From: Thermodesulfobacteriota bacterium
Lineage (GTDB): Bacteria; Desulfobacterota_D; UBA1144; Nemesobacterales; Mycalebacteriaceae
Length of the DNA stretch: 64,000 nt
NCBI GenBank assembly: GCA_965205855.1
Contig: OZ242184.1
Span: 736,001 to 800,000 of the forward strand
Direction of reading: 5' to 3'
The notes beneath the pieces are model-generated. The model did not search any database. It was not told the DNA's origin and saw nothing but the letters and a program-made list of their open reading frames with translations. Position numbers and translations under genes: made by a program. Positions 31,124-40,692 of this stretch are shown here, piece after piece (the first letter of the stretch is position 1; each line of letters begins with the position of its first letter).

Positions 31124-31430
31124 CGGCAACGCCGCCACTTTCCTGCGATGAGGGAGTGGATGCCGAAGAAATAATATGAAGTTTTCGCGACATTTTTGCC
31201 ACATTCTTTGAGGCGTTTTTCTTATGTATAACACCCTTTGAAGCGGCTTTGTCAAATGCGGAAATAAGACCTCGAAAAATGGAGTCTGCAGTTGAAAAGT
31301 CTTTTGCTTCAACGGCCGCGAGAAAGCTCTTTGTTTTTGTTCTAAGGGAAGATTTGATAAATCTGTTTCTCGCCCGCTTCTTAACGCTCTGTCTGTGTTT
31401 TTTCTTTGCAGATTTAATACGTAAAGCCAT
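31104..31430 (-). CDS. rpsT: 30S ribosomal protein S20
   Basis: [19 protein letters not shown]...[18 protein letters not shown] precedes ATG 31430. Confidence 0.95.
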   Translation of the reverse strand: MALRIKSAKKKHRQSVKKRARNRFIKSSLRTKTKSFLAAVEAKDFSTADSIFRGLISAFDKAASKGVIHKKNASKNVAKMSRKLHIISSASTPSSQESGGVAVTSQTD

Positions 31431-31466
31431 TGCCGTTTCCGTCTCTCCATTCCGTAGAGTTCGCAC

Positions 31467-31495
31467 AGTATGCGCTCGGAAGCGCGTTTTGTCAA
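31467..31495 (-). promoter_or_regulatory. Putative sigma70 promoter of rpsT
   Basis: TTGACA-N17-CATACT on the minus strand. Confidence 0.55.
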
Positions 31496-31561
31496 GAAAA
31501 GCAACACCAGTTTGCAAGTCCGTGCCATTGTATGATAGCTTTTGTCAGAAGAGAGAACACG

Positions 31562-32209
31562 ATGAAAATTTTTCTTGATTCCGCAAACCTAAAAGACATC
31601 AGACACGCTGTTTCTCTTGGAGTTGTAGATGGTGTTACGACAAATCCGAGCCTTGTTTCAAATGAAGGCGGGCAGAAATCATTCGCCGATTTGATTAAGC
31701 AGATATGCAAAACGGTCAAAGGACCCGTAAGCGCGGAGGTTATATCAACCAAATATTCGGAAATGGTTGTCGAAGCCCGCTCTCTGGCTGAAATAGACGA
31801 GTTTGTTGTTGTGAAAATTCCGCTTACCGAAGACGGTATAAAAGCCACGAAAACAATAGCATCCGACGGAATCAAAGTAAATGTAACCCTTATTTTTACT
31901 CCGCTTCAGGCGTTGCTTGCGGCAAAAGCCGGAGCGGCTTATGTGAGCCCTTTTATAGGCAGGCTGGACGATGTTGCCACCTCAGGCATGGATTTGGTTG
32001 AAGATATTTCACAAATATTTGCAAACTACGATTTCAGCACCGAAGTGCTTGTTGCGAGTGTGCGCCACCCAATTCATATTGTCGAGTCTGCCCTTGCAGC
32101 CGCGGATGTTGTCACAATTCCCCACAAGGTTTTGATGCAGATGTTCAAACACCCGCTTTCCGATGCAGGACTTGAGAGATTTCTCACAGACTGGAAAAAG
32201 AAGAAATAA
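31562..32209 (+). CDS. tal: Transaldolase (small FSA/TalC family)
   Basis: [26 protein letters not shown] (Schiff-base Lys), [11 protein letters not shown]. The Glu/Phe pattern favours transaldolase over FSA. Confidence 0.9.
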   Translation: MKIFLDSANLKDIRHAVSLGVVDGVTTNPSLVSNEGGQKSFADLIKQICKTVKGPVSAEVISTKYSEMVVEARSLAEIDEFVVVKIPLTEDGIKATKTIASDGIKVNVTLIFTPLQALLAAKAGAAYVSPFIGRLDDVATSGMDLVEDISQIFANYDFSTEVLVASVRHPIHIVESALAAADVVTIPHKVLMQMFKHPLSDAGLERFLTDWKKKK

Positions 32210-32215
32210 GCCTGT

Positions 32216-33049
32216 TTAAATCGTGCGTTCGCAGAGTCTGATTGCGAGATTTGAAAGCATGGTTTTGTCTCCGTCAAAACCTTCCAGTTCTTTCAAGGCT
32301 TGTTGCGTAAGACTGCGCGCTTTTTCTTTTGTTTCCATCTGTGGGTCGGATTCGCATGAGTCAATGATGTCATCCATGGCTTGAAATGCGAGACCTGTTG
32401 CTCTTGCATATTTAACAAGTGGTTCAATCCTGCGATTGTCCGCTTCTCCTGCGATTGCTCCGCATTTAACCGAGGCCTCAATCAGAGAGCCGGTTTTAAG
32501 GGAATGGATTTTTGAAACCAGTCCTTTTTTTGCCGGTTCTTTATTTTCCAAATCCATCATTTGCCCGACCGCCATGCCAGATTTCCCAGCGGAAGCGGAG
32601 AGAACCTCAACCGTTTCAGTTAGTACGGCATCCGGAAGATTGGCCGCTCTGCCTTCTTGTATGAAAAAGCCAAATGAGTCTGTAAGCAAAAGGTCTCCGG
32701 CAAGTATTGCAGTTGCTTCACCAAACAATTTGTGAACGGAGGGTAACCCTCTTCTTGTGTCATCATTATCCATTGAAGGAAGGTCGTCATGTATCAGGGA
32801 ATAGGCGTGAATCATTTCTATTGCGCATGCGGCCGGTATTGAAGCCTTGGGGTTTGCACCGACTGATTCACATGTTGCGATACAAAGCACGGGCCTGATT
32901 TTTTTCCCATTTCTCAGCGTATGCGCAACCGCATCCGCAAGTTTGGAATGTTTGTTTTTGACTGATGAAATATAGCCTTCAAGGCATTTGCTTATTAGAT
33001 TTTTCTTACCTTTGATGTACAGGTCGGTCTCTGAGAAGTTATGTTTCAT
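32216..33049 (-). CDS. ispA: Polyprenyl (farnesyl) diphosphate synthase
   Basis: GKKIRP, IHDDLPSMDNDDTRRG, AILAGD, GQMMD, KTG, FQAMDD; follows xseB. Confidence 0.92.
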   Translation of the reverse strand: MKHNFSETDLYIKGKKNLISKCLEGYISSVKNKHSKLADAVAHTLRNGKKIRPVLCIATCESVGANPKASIPAACAIEMIHAYSLIHDDLPSMDNDDTRRGLPSVHKLFGEATAILAGDLLLTDSFGFFIQEGRAANLPDAVLTETVEVLSASAGKSGMAVGQMMDLENKEPAKKGLVSKIHSLKTGSLIEASVKCGAIAGEADNRRIEPLVKYARATGLAFQAMDDIIDSCESDPQMETKEKARSLTQQALKELEGFDGDKTMLSNLAIRLCERTI

Positions 33050-33066
33050 GGAAGCCGGAGTTGCTT

Positions 33067-33252
33067 TTATTCGGGGGCTTTTTTTTCAAGTATCTTAATT
33101 TTTTTTTCAGTTTCCTCAAGGATAAGACGGCATTCTTTTATGATTTTCACCCCGTTTTCAAATTCCTGTATCATTTTTTCCAGGGGGATATCTTTTGCCT
33201 CAAGAGAGTCCGAGATTTCCTTTATTTTTTGCATTTTTTTCTCAAATGACAT
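33067..33252 (-). CDS. xseB: Exodeoxyribonuclease VII small subunit
   Basis: MSFEKKMQKIKEISDSLE...PLEKMIQEFENGVKIIKEC...LEETEKKI; xseB-ispA synteny. Confidence 0.9.
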   Translation of the reverse strand: MSFEKKMQKIKEISDSLEAKDIPLEKMIQEFENGVKIIKECRLILEETEKKIKILEKKAPE

Positions 33253-33265
33253 ATTTTCGTGTTTG

Positions 33266-33342
<77 letters not shown>

Positions 33343-33359
33343 ATAGATTGATTGTTTTT

Positions 33360-33387
33360 ATCCTACACGGTTTTCCGCTACGGTCAA
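33360..33387 (-). promoter_or_regulatory. Putative sigma70 promoter of tRNA-fMet-xseB-ispA
   Basis: TTGACC-N16-TAGGAT on the minus strand, just upstream of the tRNA. Confidence 0.5.
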
Positions 33388-34292
33388 TGTTTTCCTTGCG
33401 CCGCGGACATTATCTTTTCGGCTATCTTATCTCCTGTTTTCGGGCCTTCTTTTTCATTTGCTTCAATGTTCTCTCTATGGATTTTTTCACTGTCCGGCGA
33501 TATCATAAAAGCGGAGACTTGTATTATATTTCTGTTTTTTCTGGCGTAACACCCTGCGGGAATTGAGCAGTCTCCGCCCAATTTGTGAAGAAATGACCTT
33601 TCAACTTCCACACACAATCGCGACTGTCCACACTCAATCATTTTTATCAAACCGATGGTTTTTAAATCTTTTTCCCTACACTCAACCGCAAGAGCTCCCT
33701 GCCCAGGAGACGGAACAAAGTCTTCAGGGTTCAGGATTTGGACGGTGCGGTTTTTAATTTGAAGCCTTTTAAGCGCGGCAGTGGCAAGTACAAGTGCGTC
33801 AACCTTTCCGGAGTCCATCTTTGCTATTCTTGTTCCTATATTGCCGCTTATCGGTTCAACCGAAATATCGGAACGCATATCAAGGATCTGAAATTTTCTT
33901 CTAAAACTGCCGGTTCCGATTTTTGCTCCTTTGTTCAAGCGTTCAAAACTGATGCCGCTGTCTTTTCCTTTTGGAAACAAAATACAGTCAGATGGGTCTT
34001 CCCTTTTCGGAACCGAGCCGATTGTCAGTCCGTCCGGAAGAATGGATGGCAGGTCTTTCATACTGTGAACCGCTATGTGAATTGAGCCGTCAAGGAGCGC
34101 TTGCTCAATCTCTCTGACAAAAGCTCCCTTGCCTCCCGGTTCTGAAAATGGCCTCTCCCGATTGTCTCCAGAAGTTTTAATAAAGACAAATTCCATTTCC
34201 AGTTCGGGGAATTTCTCTTTCAAAAGATTGGCTATTTCCGCAGACTGAATTCTGGCAAGCGGGCTACTTCTGCTTCCAATTTTCATTTTCAT
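33384..34292 (-). CDS. hemC: Hydroxymethylbilane synthase (porphobilinogen deaminase)
   Basis: KIGSRSSPLARIQ, KTSGD, KGAFVREIE, AVHSMKD, GTGSFRR, PGQGAL, GGDCSIP. Confidence 0.95.
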   Translation of the reverse strand: MKMKIGSRSSPLARIQSAEIANLLKEKFPELEMEFVFIKTSGDNRERPFSEPGGKGAFVREIEQALLDGSIHIAVHSMKDLPSILPDGLTIGSVPKREDPSDCILFPKGKDSGISFERLNKGAKIGTGSFRRKFQILDMRSDISVEPISGNIGTRIAKMDSGKVDALVLATAALKRLQIKNRTVQILNPEDFVPSPGQGALAVECREKDLKTIGLIKMIECGQSRLCVEVERSFLHKLGGDCSIPAGCYARKNRNIIQVSAFMISPDSEKIHRENIEANEKEGPKTGDKIAEKIMSAAQGKH

Positions 34293-35610
34293 ACGAGTAC
34301 TCGGAATCTTCCCCAGATAGTTCAAAAAGATTTCTTGCCATCTCAACATAGACGCCCGGTTCCCTGGAGTTTGAGGCTTCTTTTTTCAGTTTTGTAACCG
34401 GTTTGTGCAGAAATTTTTCCTTTATTCTCCGCACTAAAGACCATAGGATTTCATCCCTTTTTTTCTTGTCACAGTCGCCGGTTTTCTCAAGTGAGTTAAT
34501 TTTAGAAATGGCTTTCAAAGTCTCTTCTTTGACCATTTCTTCAGTCTGTTTTCTGAACTCCACTATGAGGGGAAAAGCTTTGAGCCCTTTCTGCCATAAT
34601 ACAAATTTGTCGGCGGCAATTTTTATCATTTCCTCCGCTTCATCAAGGCTTTTACGTAAACTGTCGAGGTTCTTGTCCACAATGTTCTGAAGGTCATCCA
34701 TGTCGTAGAGAAAAACACCCTCAATGTCCTTTATTTTCGGGTCAATGTCGCGCGGAAATGCTATGTCAATCAAAGAAATGGGCTCATTTTTTCTTAGTTT
34801 CATAATATCGGTAATGTCTTCCGTCTTCAGTATGTAATCCGATGAGCTGGTCGCGGATATGACTATGTCAGTCTTTCTCATCCACTTGTTTATCTCTCCA
34901 AGGCTCAGCGTGGTTCCTCCAAGCGATGAGGCAAGTTTTGTCGCTTCTTGAATATTTCTGCCAGCAATTCTCATCTCCATTACTCCTCTTTTCACGAGTT
35001 GAGTCGCCGCTTCCGCGGCTGCCTCACCCGTTCCCACAACCATTACGGAACATTTTTCAATTTCACCAAAAATGTTTCTTGCCAATTTGACGGCTACGGA
35101 GCTGACCGAAACCATATGGGAACCGACTCCGGTTTGATTCTTAATTTTCTTTACGGTGAAAAAAGCACTCTGGAAAAGTTTGTTCAATTTGAGTCCCGCT
35201 GTGCCGGCTTTATGGGCAGTTTCATACGCGCGTTTTAATTGACCGAGTATTTGAGGCTCTCCAATTACCATTGAGTCCATTCCCGCCGCAACTCTATGGA
35301 GATGTCTTATCGCGTCAATCCCCTCAAGAAAATAGAAGTTTTTTTCAAGGAAGTCGCTTCGAACCCGCTCATTGAGTTCACAGAGGAAGTCTGATATTTC
35401 GTCAAGCCCTCTCTCGCAATCTCCGCAAGCCGCGTAGATTTCAACTCTGTTGCATGTGGAAACTATCACACACTCGTTTATGGACGGCTTTAATACTAGC
35501 AAATTTAAAGACTGCTCAACCTTCAGGGATGTGGAGCCAAAAGAAACCCTTTCTCGTTCTTCAATCGGAGAGGTTTTGTGGCTAATTCCAAAAACAACTA
35601 TTGTATCCAT
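34264..35610 (-). CDS. hemA: Glutamyl-tRNA reductase
   Basis: GISHKT, STCNRVE, GMDSMVIGEPQILGQ, VGTGE, DIAFPRDI. Confidence 0.96.
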   Translation of the reverse strand: MDTIVVFGISHKTSPIEERERVSFGSTSLKVEQSLNLLVLKPSINECVIVSTCNRVEIYAACGDCERGLDEISDFLCELNERVRSDFLEKNFYFLEGIDAIRHLHRVAAGMDSMVIGEPQILGQLKRAYETAHKAGTAGLKLNKLFQSAFFTVKKIKNQTGVGSHMVSVSSVAVKLARNIFGEIEKCSVMVVGTGEAAAEAATQLVKRGVMEMRIAGRNIQEATKLASSLGGTTLSLGEINKWMRKTDIVISATSSSDYILKTEDITDIMKLRKNEPISLIDIAFPRDIDPKIKDIEGVFLYDMDDLQNIVDKNLDSLRKSLDEAEEMIKIAADKFVLWQKGLKAFPLIVEFRKQTEEMVKEETLKAISKINSLEKTGDCDKKKRDEILWSLVRRIKEKFLHKPVTKLKKEASNSREPGVYVEMARNLFELSGEDSEYSYENENWKQK

Positions 35611-35629
35611 AACACGATTATTCCTTGTT

Positions 35630-36187
35630 CTAAAGAGAGTTCTCTCTTATAAGGCTTAGAAACTCCGTGCGCGACCGCTCATCGTCTCTAAACAGCCCGT
35701 TCATTGAACTTGTTATCATATTTGCTCTTGATTTTTCAACTCCCCGCATTGCCATGCATAGATGGTATCCTTTTACGACCACCGCCACACCTTTGGGTGA
35801 AAGCGCTTCTTTTAGCAAGTTGGCAATCTGAACGGTCATTCTCTCTTGAACCTGAAGTCGCCTTGAAAATACTTCAACGATACGTGGTATTTTACTCAAA
35901 CCAATAATTTTTCCATTCGGAATATAAGCGACATGACACCTTCCGAAGAACGGCAGCATATGGTGTTCGCAGAGGCTGTAAAATTCTATGTCCTTCACAA
36001 GAACCATCTCATCATACTTTATGTTATAAATTGCCTCACGGGCTATTTTAAAAGGGTCCTTTCCATATCCAGACGTTACTTCTTCGAGCATTTTTTCAAT
36101 TCGTTCTGGAGTGCCCTGAAGTCCTTCTCTTGAAGGGTCTTCACCTATCTCTTTCAGAATTTTGATTATAGGGTCTTGAATTTCCAT
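35630..36187 (-). CDS. folE: GTP cyclohydrolase I
   Basis: [42 protein letters not shown]. Confidence 0.97.
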   Translation of the reverse strand: MEIQDPIIKILKEIGEDPSREGLQGTPERIEKMLEEVTSGYGKDPFKIAREAIYNIKYDEMVLVKDIEFYSLCEHHMLPFFGRCHVAYIPNGKIIGLSKIPRIVEVFSRRLQVQERMTVQIANLLKEALSPKGVAVVVKGYHLCMAMRGVEKSRANMITSSMNGLFRDDERSRTEFLSLIRENSL

Positions 36188-36191
36188 TGAG

Positions 36192-37739
36192 TTACTTTCC
36201 TCTTGTTATGTTGTAATTTTGACCGTTCATCTGAGAAATGAAGTGCTTTGCTCCGGGCTCAATTCGTGATAGAAACGGTTTTGGGTACACTCCCATAAAT
36301 ATTATCACCGCAATCAGTGGCAGCATTACTGTCAACTCCCTGATATTGATATCGGTAATCCGCTTGTTTTCTTCCCTATTCAACGGACCGAAAAATACAT
36401 TCTGAACGGCTTTCAGCATATAGACTGCGCCAAGAACTATTCCAGATGTCCCAAGCGCGCCGTATACATAGTTTTCTTTGAATGCTCCGAGAAGAATTAG
36501 AAATTCTCCCACAAACCCATTGAGCAGAGGAAGCCCGATTGACGCGAGTGAACAAAGGATAAAAAATGCCGCGAACAAAGGCATTGACGATGCTACTCCG
36601 CCGAACTCGTTTATTTTTTTTGTATGCCTTCTCTCGTAAACCATACCTACCAGAATAAACAAGGAACCCGTCGAAATTCCATGTGACAGCATATGGAAGA
36701 TACCGCCCTGAAGCCCTTGAATGTTCAAAAGGGTTATGCCAAGAACTATGATTCCCATGTGGCTGATGCTTGAGTAGGCGACGAGTTTTTTGATGTCTTT
36801 TTGAGAGAAAGCCACAAGTGCTCCGTAGATAATGCCCGCTATGCCCGCGATTGAAAGAACCGGCATAAATGCTTGTGCAGCTTCGGGGAAAAAAGGAAAC
36901 AGGAATCTTAAAATTCCGTAAATTCCTAGCTTTAGAAGTATACCCGCAAGTATGACACTACCTGCGGTTGGGGCCTCAACATGGGCGTCGGGCAACCATG
37001 TGTGGAAAGGTACGACCGGAACCTTTATTGCAAAAGCGAGCAGAAAGGCACTGAACAAAAGCCCTTGAGGGCTGAAGAAGCCGTAAAAAACCGTTGAAAC
37101 CTTTTGTAAATCGGCTATCGCCATTGAAGCGTATCCAAACTGGTGTATGTGCTCGCTATAAAGATAGAAAATTGCTCCCAGCATCAGGGTGCTTCCAAAT
37201 GCCGTATAGATGAAAAACTTTACGGCGGCATAAATCCTTCTTTCCGTTCCCCAGACGCCTATAAGGAAATACATCGGTATAAGAGCGGCTTCCCAGAAAA
37301 GGAAAAACAGAATCATATCCGCTGAGACCAGAGTTCCGATAATCGCTGTCTCTATTACAAGCAGAAGGGAGAAAAACCCCTTTGTTTTTCTTTTGGTTGT
37401 GTTCCAAGAGCTGAGAACCGCCAGAGGAGAGAGAAAAGTTGTCAGAAGCACAAGCATAACGCTGAGCCAGTCAACGCCCGCTTCATAGCGGATTCCCAAT
37501 CCGGGTATCCAGTCAGCGCTTTGGCGGAATTGCATACCTTCAGCGTCGGGTGAAAAATTTACAAATAACGGTATCGAAAGTAGAAAAGTAACCGCGCTCA
37601 AAACAAGAATAGCACGTTTGAAAATTTCGTCCGAGATATTAAGAAAAAAGCCGTATAGAAGAAGAAAGCACGTCCCCACAAGCGGCAGGAAAGTTATAAC
37701 AACCAGGTTGCCTTCAAAAACCGTATTGAGATATGACAA
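36192..37739 (-). CDS. nuoM: NADH-quinone oxidoreductase subunit M (antiporter-like), solitary
   Basis: [75 protein letters not shown]. Confidence 0.92.
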   Translation of the reverse strand: MSYLNTVFEGNLVVITFLPLVGTCFLLLYGFFLNISDEIFKRAILVLSAVTFLLSIPLFVNFSPDAEGMQFRQSADWIPGLGIRYEAGVDWLSVMLVLLTTFLSPLAVLSSWNTTKRKTKGFFSLLLVIETAIIGTLVSADMILFFLFWEAALIPMYFLIGVWGTERRIYAAVKFFIYTAFGSTLMLGAIFYLYSEHIHQFGYASMAIADLQKVSTVFYGFFSPQGLLFSAFLLAFAIKVPVVPFHTWLPDAHVEAPTAGSVILAGILLKLGIYGILRFLFPFFPEAAQAFMPVLSIAGIAGIIYGALVAFSQKDIKKLVAYSSISHMGIIVLGITLLNIQGLQGGIFHMLSHGISTGSLFILVGMVYERRHTKKINEFGGVASSMPLFAAFFILCSLASIGLPLLNGFVGEFLILLGAFKENYVYGALGTSGIVLGAVYMLKAVQNVFFGPLNREENKRITDINIRELTVMLPLIAVIIFMGVYPKPFLSRIEPGAKHFISQMNGQNYNITRGK

Positions 37740-37876
37740 GAGAGTCAGCTCCGAAAAGCCGCCGATTAGGCGCGCTTGCAGGATACTAATCTATAGTGTT
37801 GATACAGGCAACTCAAGCTCCGTTTCTATGTTATGGCACACAATTCATAATATAATTCAAGGCTCGGTAACATTCT

Positions 37877-39502
37877 GTGCCTTTTGACTATAAAACACTG
37901 TGTGATTCGTGGAAATGGGAAATCCCGCGCAAGTTTAATCTTGGAGTGGACTGTTCAGACATGTATGCCGCAAACCCTGACTTTGCGGACAAACCTGCGT
38001 TGATATGGGAAAGCGGAGAAGGATTTACAAAGATTTACACTTTCTCGGACCTCAGAGCCGTTACAAACAAGATTGCAAACGTTTTTCTTGCCTCCGGCGT
38101 TTCCGTCAAAGACAGAGTTTTAATAATGCTTGACAATGTCGCTGAGTTTCCTTTTTCGTTCCTAGGGGCTTTGAAAATCGGCGCCGTTCCCGTTCCGGCA
38201 AGTACGATGCTTACTGAAGATGAAGTTGCTTATATCCTTCAGGACAGCGGCGCCAAAGCCGCGGTAACCTCTCCGGAACTATACGGGCGGATTGAACCCG
38301 CACGGACATCAAGCCCGGATTTACAGACCGTTTTCATTACGGGAGGAAGTCCGCCTTCTCATTGCCTAAGCCTTGATAATCTCCAACGCAAATTCCCTTC
38401 GGACATTAAGTCCCCAAACACTTCCTCCGAAGATATTGCTTATATATGCTACACATCGGGTACCACCGGAGAACCAAAAGGAGTTGCCCACGCTCACAGA
38501 TGTATCATTGGTCGTGACCCGGCGGCAATTTTCTGGCAGGGAGTGAAGTCTCAGCCCACGGTTTTTCACGCCGGAAAACTCAACTGGACTTACACTCTTG
38601 GCGCAGGATGTCTTGACCCCTGGAGGCATGGTTGCACATCTGTAATCTACGGAGGTGACTATGATCCATTGAAGATGTTTGATGTTATGGCAAAGCATCA
38701 AGTGAATGTCTTTATGGCCGTTCCAACCGTTTACAGACAGATGCACAGAGCGGCGAAAGGTGTTTCCGTGGAACTTTCAAGCGTCCGACACTGTCTGAGC
38801 GCCGGGGAGAGCCTCAGCGCCGAGCTTTTTTCCGCATGGAAGAATGACTTTGGGGTTTCTCTTTATGACGGACTCGGGATGAGTGAGTTCAGTTACTATG
38901 TGTCAAATATGGTGGGTATGGAAATAAAGCCCGGGTCTCCGGGAAGACCACAGCCGGGGAGAAACTGTTTCCTGGCAGATTTGGAAACCGGTGAACGGAC
39001 CGACCCCGGCGAACCGGGTGTTCTGGCTTCCTCTCCAAATGACCCGGGGATAATGCTTGGTTATTGGAACCGCCCCGAAGAGATGCGGAAAGTGTTTTCA
39101 CAAACGGGAGATTTTATAAGCGGGGATTGGTTTACGGCCGATGATGACGGTTATCTCTGGCCTCTTGGCAGAAAAGATGACATGATAAACAGCTTCGGCT
39201 ACAGAATATCCCCATTTGAGATTGAAGCTGCTCTTTCAAAACACAACAAGGTTGGTGATTGCGCCGCGGCGGGAATTGATGCGAGAGGAGGAAAAACTAT
39301 TGTCGCGGCATTTGTTGTTGTCAAAGAAGGCGTCGAACAGTCCCATGACTCTCTGAAAAAGGAATTTGGGAATTTTCTGAAAAACCGTCTTGCCAGGTAT
39401 AAAATTCCCAAAGAGATATATTTTACCGACTCAATACCGCTTACAAAAAATGGAAAAAAACAGCGCGGGCAACTGCGCGAACAGTTTGGCAAAGCGGGAT
39501 GA
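37877..39502 (+). CDS. AMP-dependent acyl-CoA synthetase (medium-chain/aromatic type)
   Basis: YTSGTTGEPKG, SAGE, DGLGMSE, SGD, GRKDDMINSFGYRISPFEIE, PLTKNGK. Confidence 0.9.
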   Translation: MPFDYKTLCDSWKWEIPRKFNLGVDCSDMYAANPDFADKPALIWESGEGFTKIYTFSDLRAVTNKIANVFLASGVSVKDRVLIMLDNVAEFPFSFLGALKIGAVPVPASTMLTEDEVAYILQDSGAKAAVTSPELYGRIEPARTSSPDLQTVFITGGSPPSHCLSLDNLQRKFPSDIKSPNTSSEDIAYICYTSGTTGEPKGVAHAHRCIIGRDPAAIFWQGVKSQPTVFHAGKLNWTYTLGAGCLDPWRHGCTSVIYGGDYDPLKMFDVMAKHQVNVFMAVPTVYRQMHRAAKGVSVELSSVRHCLSAGESLSAELFSAWKNDFGVSLYDGLGMSEFSYYVSNMVGMEIKPGSPGRPQPGRNCFLADLETGERTDPGEPGVLASSPNDPGIMLGYWNRPEEMRKVFSQTGDFISGDWFTADDDGYLWPLGRKDDMINSFGYRISPFEIEAALSKHNKVGDCAAAGIDARGGKTIVAAFVVVKEGVEQSHDSLKKEFGNFLKNRLARYKIPKEIYFTDSIPLTKNGKKQRGQLREQFGKAG

Positions 39503-39505
39503 GCA

Positions 39506-40444
39506 TTAACCCGCATATGCGGAGCAGGTGATTTTCATTACCTCAATGCTGCTCTGTTTTCCTACCGCTCCGGGCACAATAATCGGAAGGTCCACCCCGG
39601 CCTGCCTGTATGCATCAAGTTTTTCCATACACCGGGAAGCGGGGCCCACAAGCGCGACCGCGTCAACAAGTTCGTTCGTGAACGCTTCATGAGGTTTCTT
39701 TCCGGCTTTTATCTCTTCAATCACTTTGCCGTGGCCTATGTTTTTTATAAGGCGCTGGTAGAAAGGAAAACGAGCGTAGGGAGAAAGCCCGTGTTTTGCG
39801 GCTTTGACAGCGTCTTGCAGGTTGTCCGAAATAAATGATGGGATTCCGTTTGTAATTTCAATCTCGGATATGTCTCTGCCAGCCTCTTTCGCGCCTTCGG
39901 CAACATGCTTTTTGAGTTCTTTTATATAATCGGGCGGCGACATATATGGCATAAGCCCGTCCGCCAAAGTTCCCGCGAGATGCGCAGAGGAACTCGTCAG
40001 CCCGGCCATGTAAAGGGGAAACGGTTCGACATTGCGTTTGATGGTAAGCAGGTCGGAACTGCCGTCCGTAAAAGGCCTGATTTCCGTAATGTAGTTTTTC
40101 ATAGCTTCAATAGGGTCGCCCATGTCTATCCCAAATTTGGCGTTGACGGGTTTGTGGCTTACTCCAAGACCGAGAATCATTCTTCCGCCCGACAGTTCCT
40201 GAACCGTAAGCGCCTCGGCGGCGCAAATCACGGGCCTGCGCATGAATATGTTGGTTATCCATGTTCCGACTTTAATTTCGGATGTCGCTTCGGCAAATAC
40301 TTGCGCATTGGAAATTGCACTGTAAGGAGGAACTTCGGGAGAGAAAATTGCTTCAAAACCGGAATTCTCGGCTTCCCTTGCAAGTTCTTTCATCTCTTCA
40401 ACTTTGCATCCCCAAACTGGTGAAACAGTTGCTATGTGTGCCAT
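39506..40444 (-). CDS. LLM-class (luciferase-like) flavin/F420-dependent oxidoreductase
   Basis: AREAENSGFE, TSEIKVGT, LSGGRMILGLG, LADG, ALVG...YRQAGVD. Confidence 0.88.
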   Translation of the reverse strand: MAHIATVSPVWGCKVEEMKELAREAENSGFEAIFSPEVPPYSAISNAQVFAEATSEIKVGTWITNIFMRRPVICAAEALTVQELSGGRMILGLGVSHKPVNAKFGIDMGDPIEAMKNYITEIRPFTDGSSDLLTIKRNVEPFPLYMAGLTSSSAHLAGTLADGLMPYMSPPDYIKELKKHVAEGAKEAGRDISEIEITNGIPSFISDNLQDAVKAAKHGLSPYARFPFYQRLIKNIGHGKVIEEIKAGKKPHEAFTNELVDAVALVGPASRCMEKLDAYRQAGVDLPIIVPGAVGKQSSIEVMKITCSAYAG

Positions 40445-40530
40445 TTCTCTCCTCCTTGTTGTTTACTAACGAATATTTAACTTCCTATAACCTAACTTAG
40501 GAACACTGGAAATTGCAACCGGTTAGGGTT

Positions 40531-40559
40531 TTGACACTTTCCTGCTCCAGCATTATAAT
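40531..40559 (+). promoter_or_regulatory. Perfect-consensus sigma70 promoter
   Basis: TTGACA (40531-40536)-N17-TATAAT (40554-40559); an ATG follows 7 nt later. Confidence 0.85.
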
Positions 40560-40566
40560 ATACAGT

Positions 40567-40671
40567 ATGAAACATAGAACTGGCGGGGAAATATATATAG
40601 TTGGGATATTTGTTCTGGTTGGCTCAATCATTCTGATTGCCTCCCTTACGCACGTTTTCCTAAATCCTTGA
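40567..40671 (+). CDS. Small single-pass membrane protein (34 aa), probably leaderless
   Basis: MKHRTGGEIYIVGIFVLVGSIILIASLTHVFLNP*; the ATG sits at the expected transcription start of the consensus promoter. Confidence 0.65.
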   Translation: MKHRTGGEIYIVGIFVLVGSIILIASLTHVFLNP

Positions 40672-40692
40672 TATGAGAAAGAGGAAATCTCA

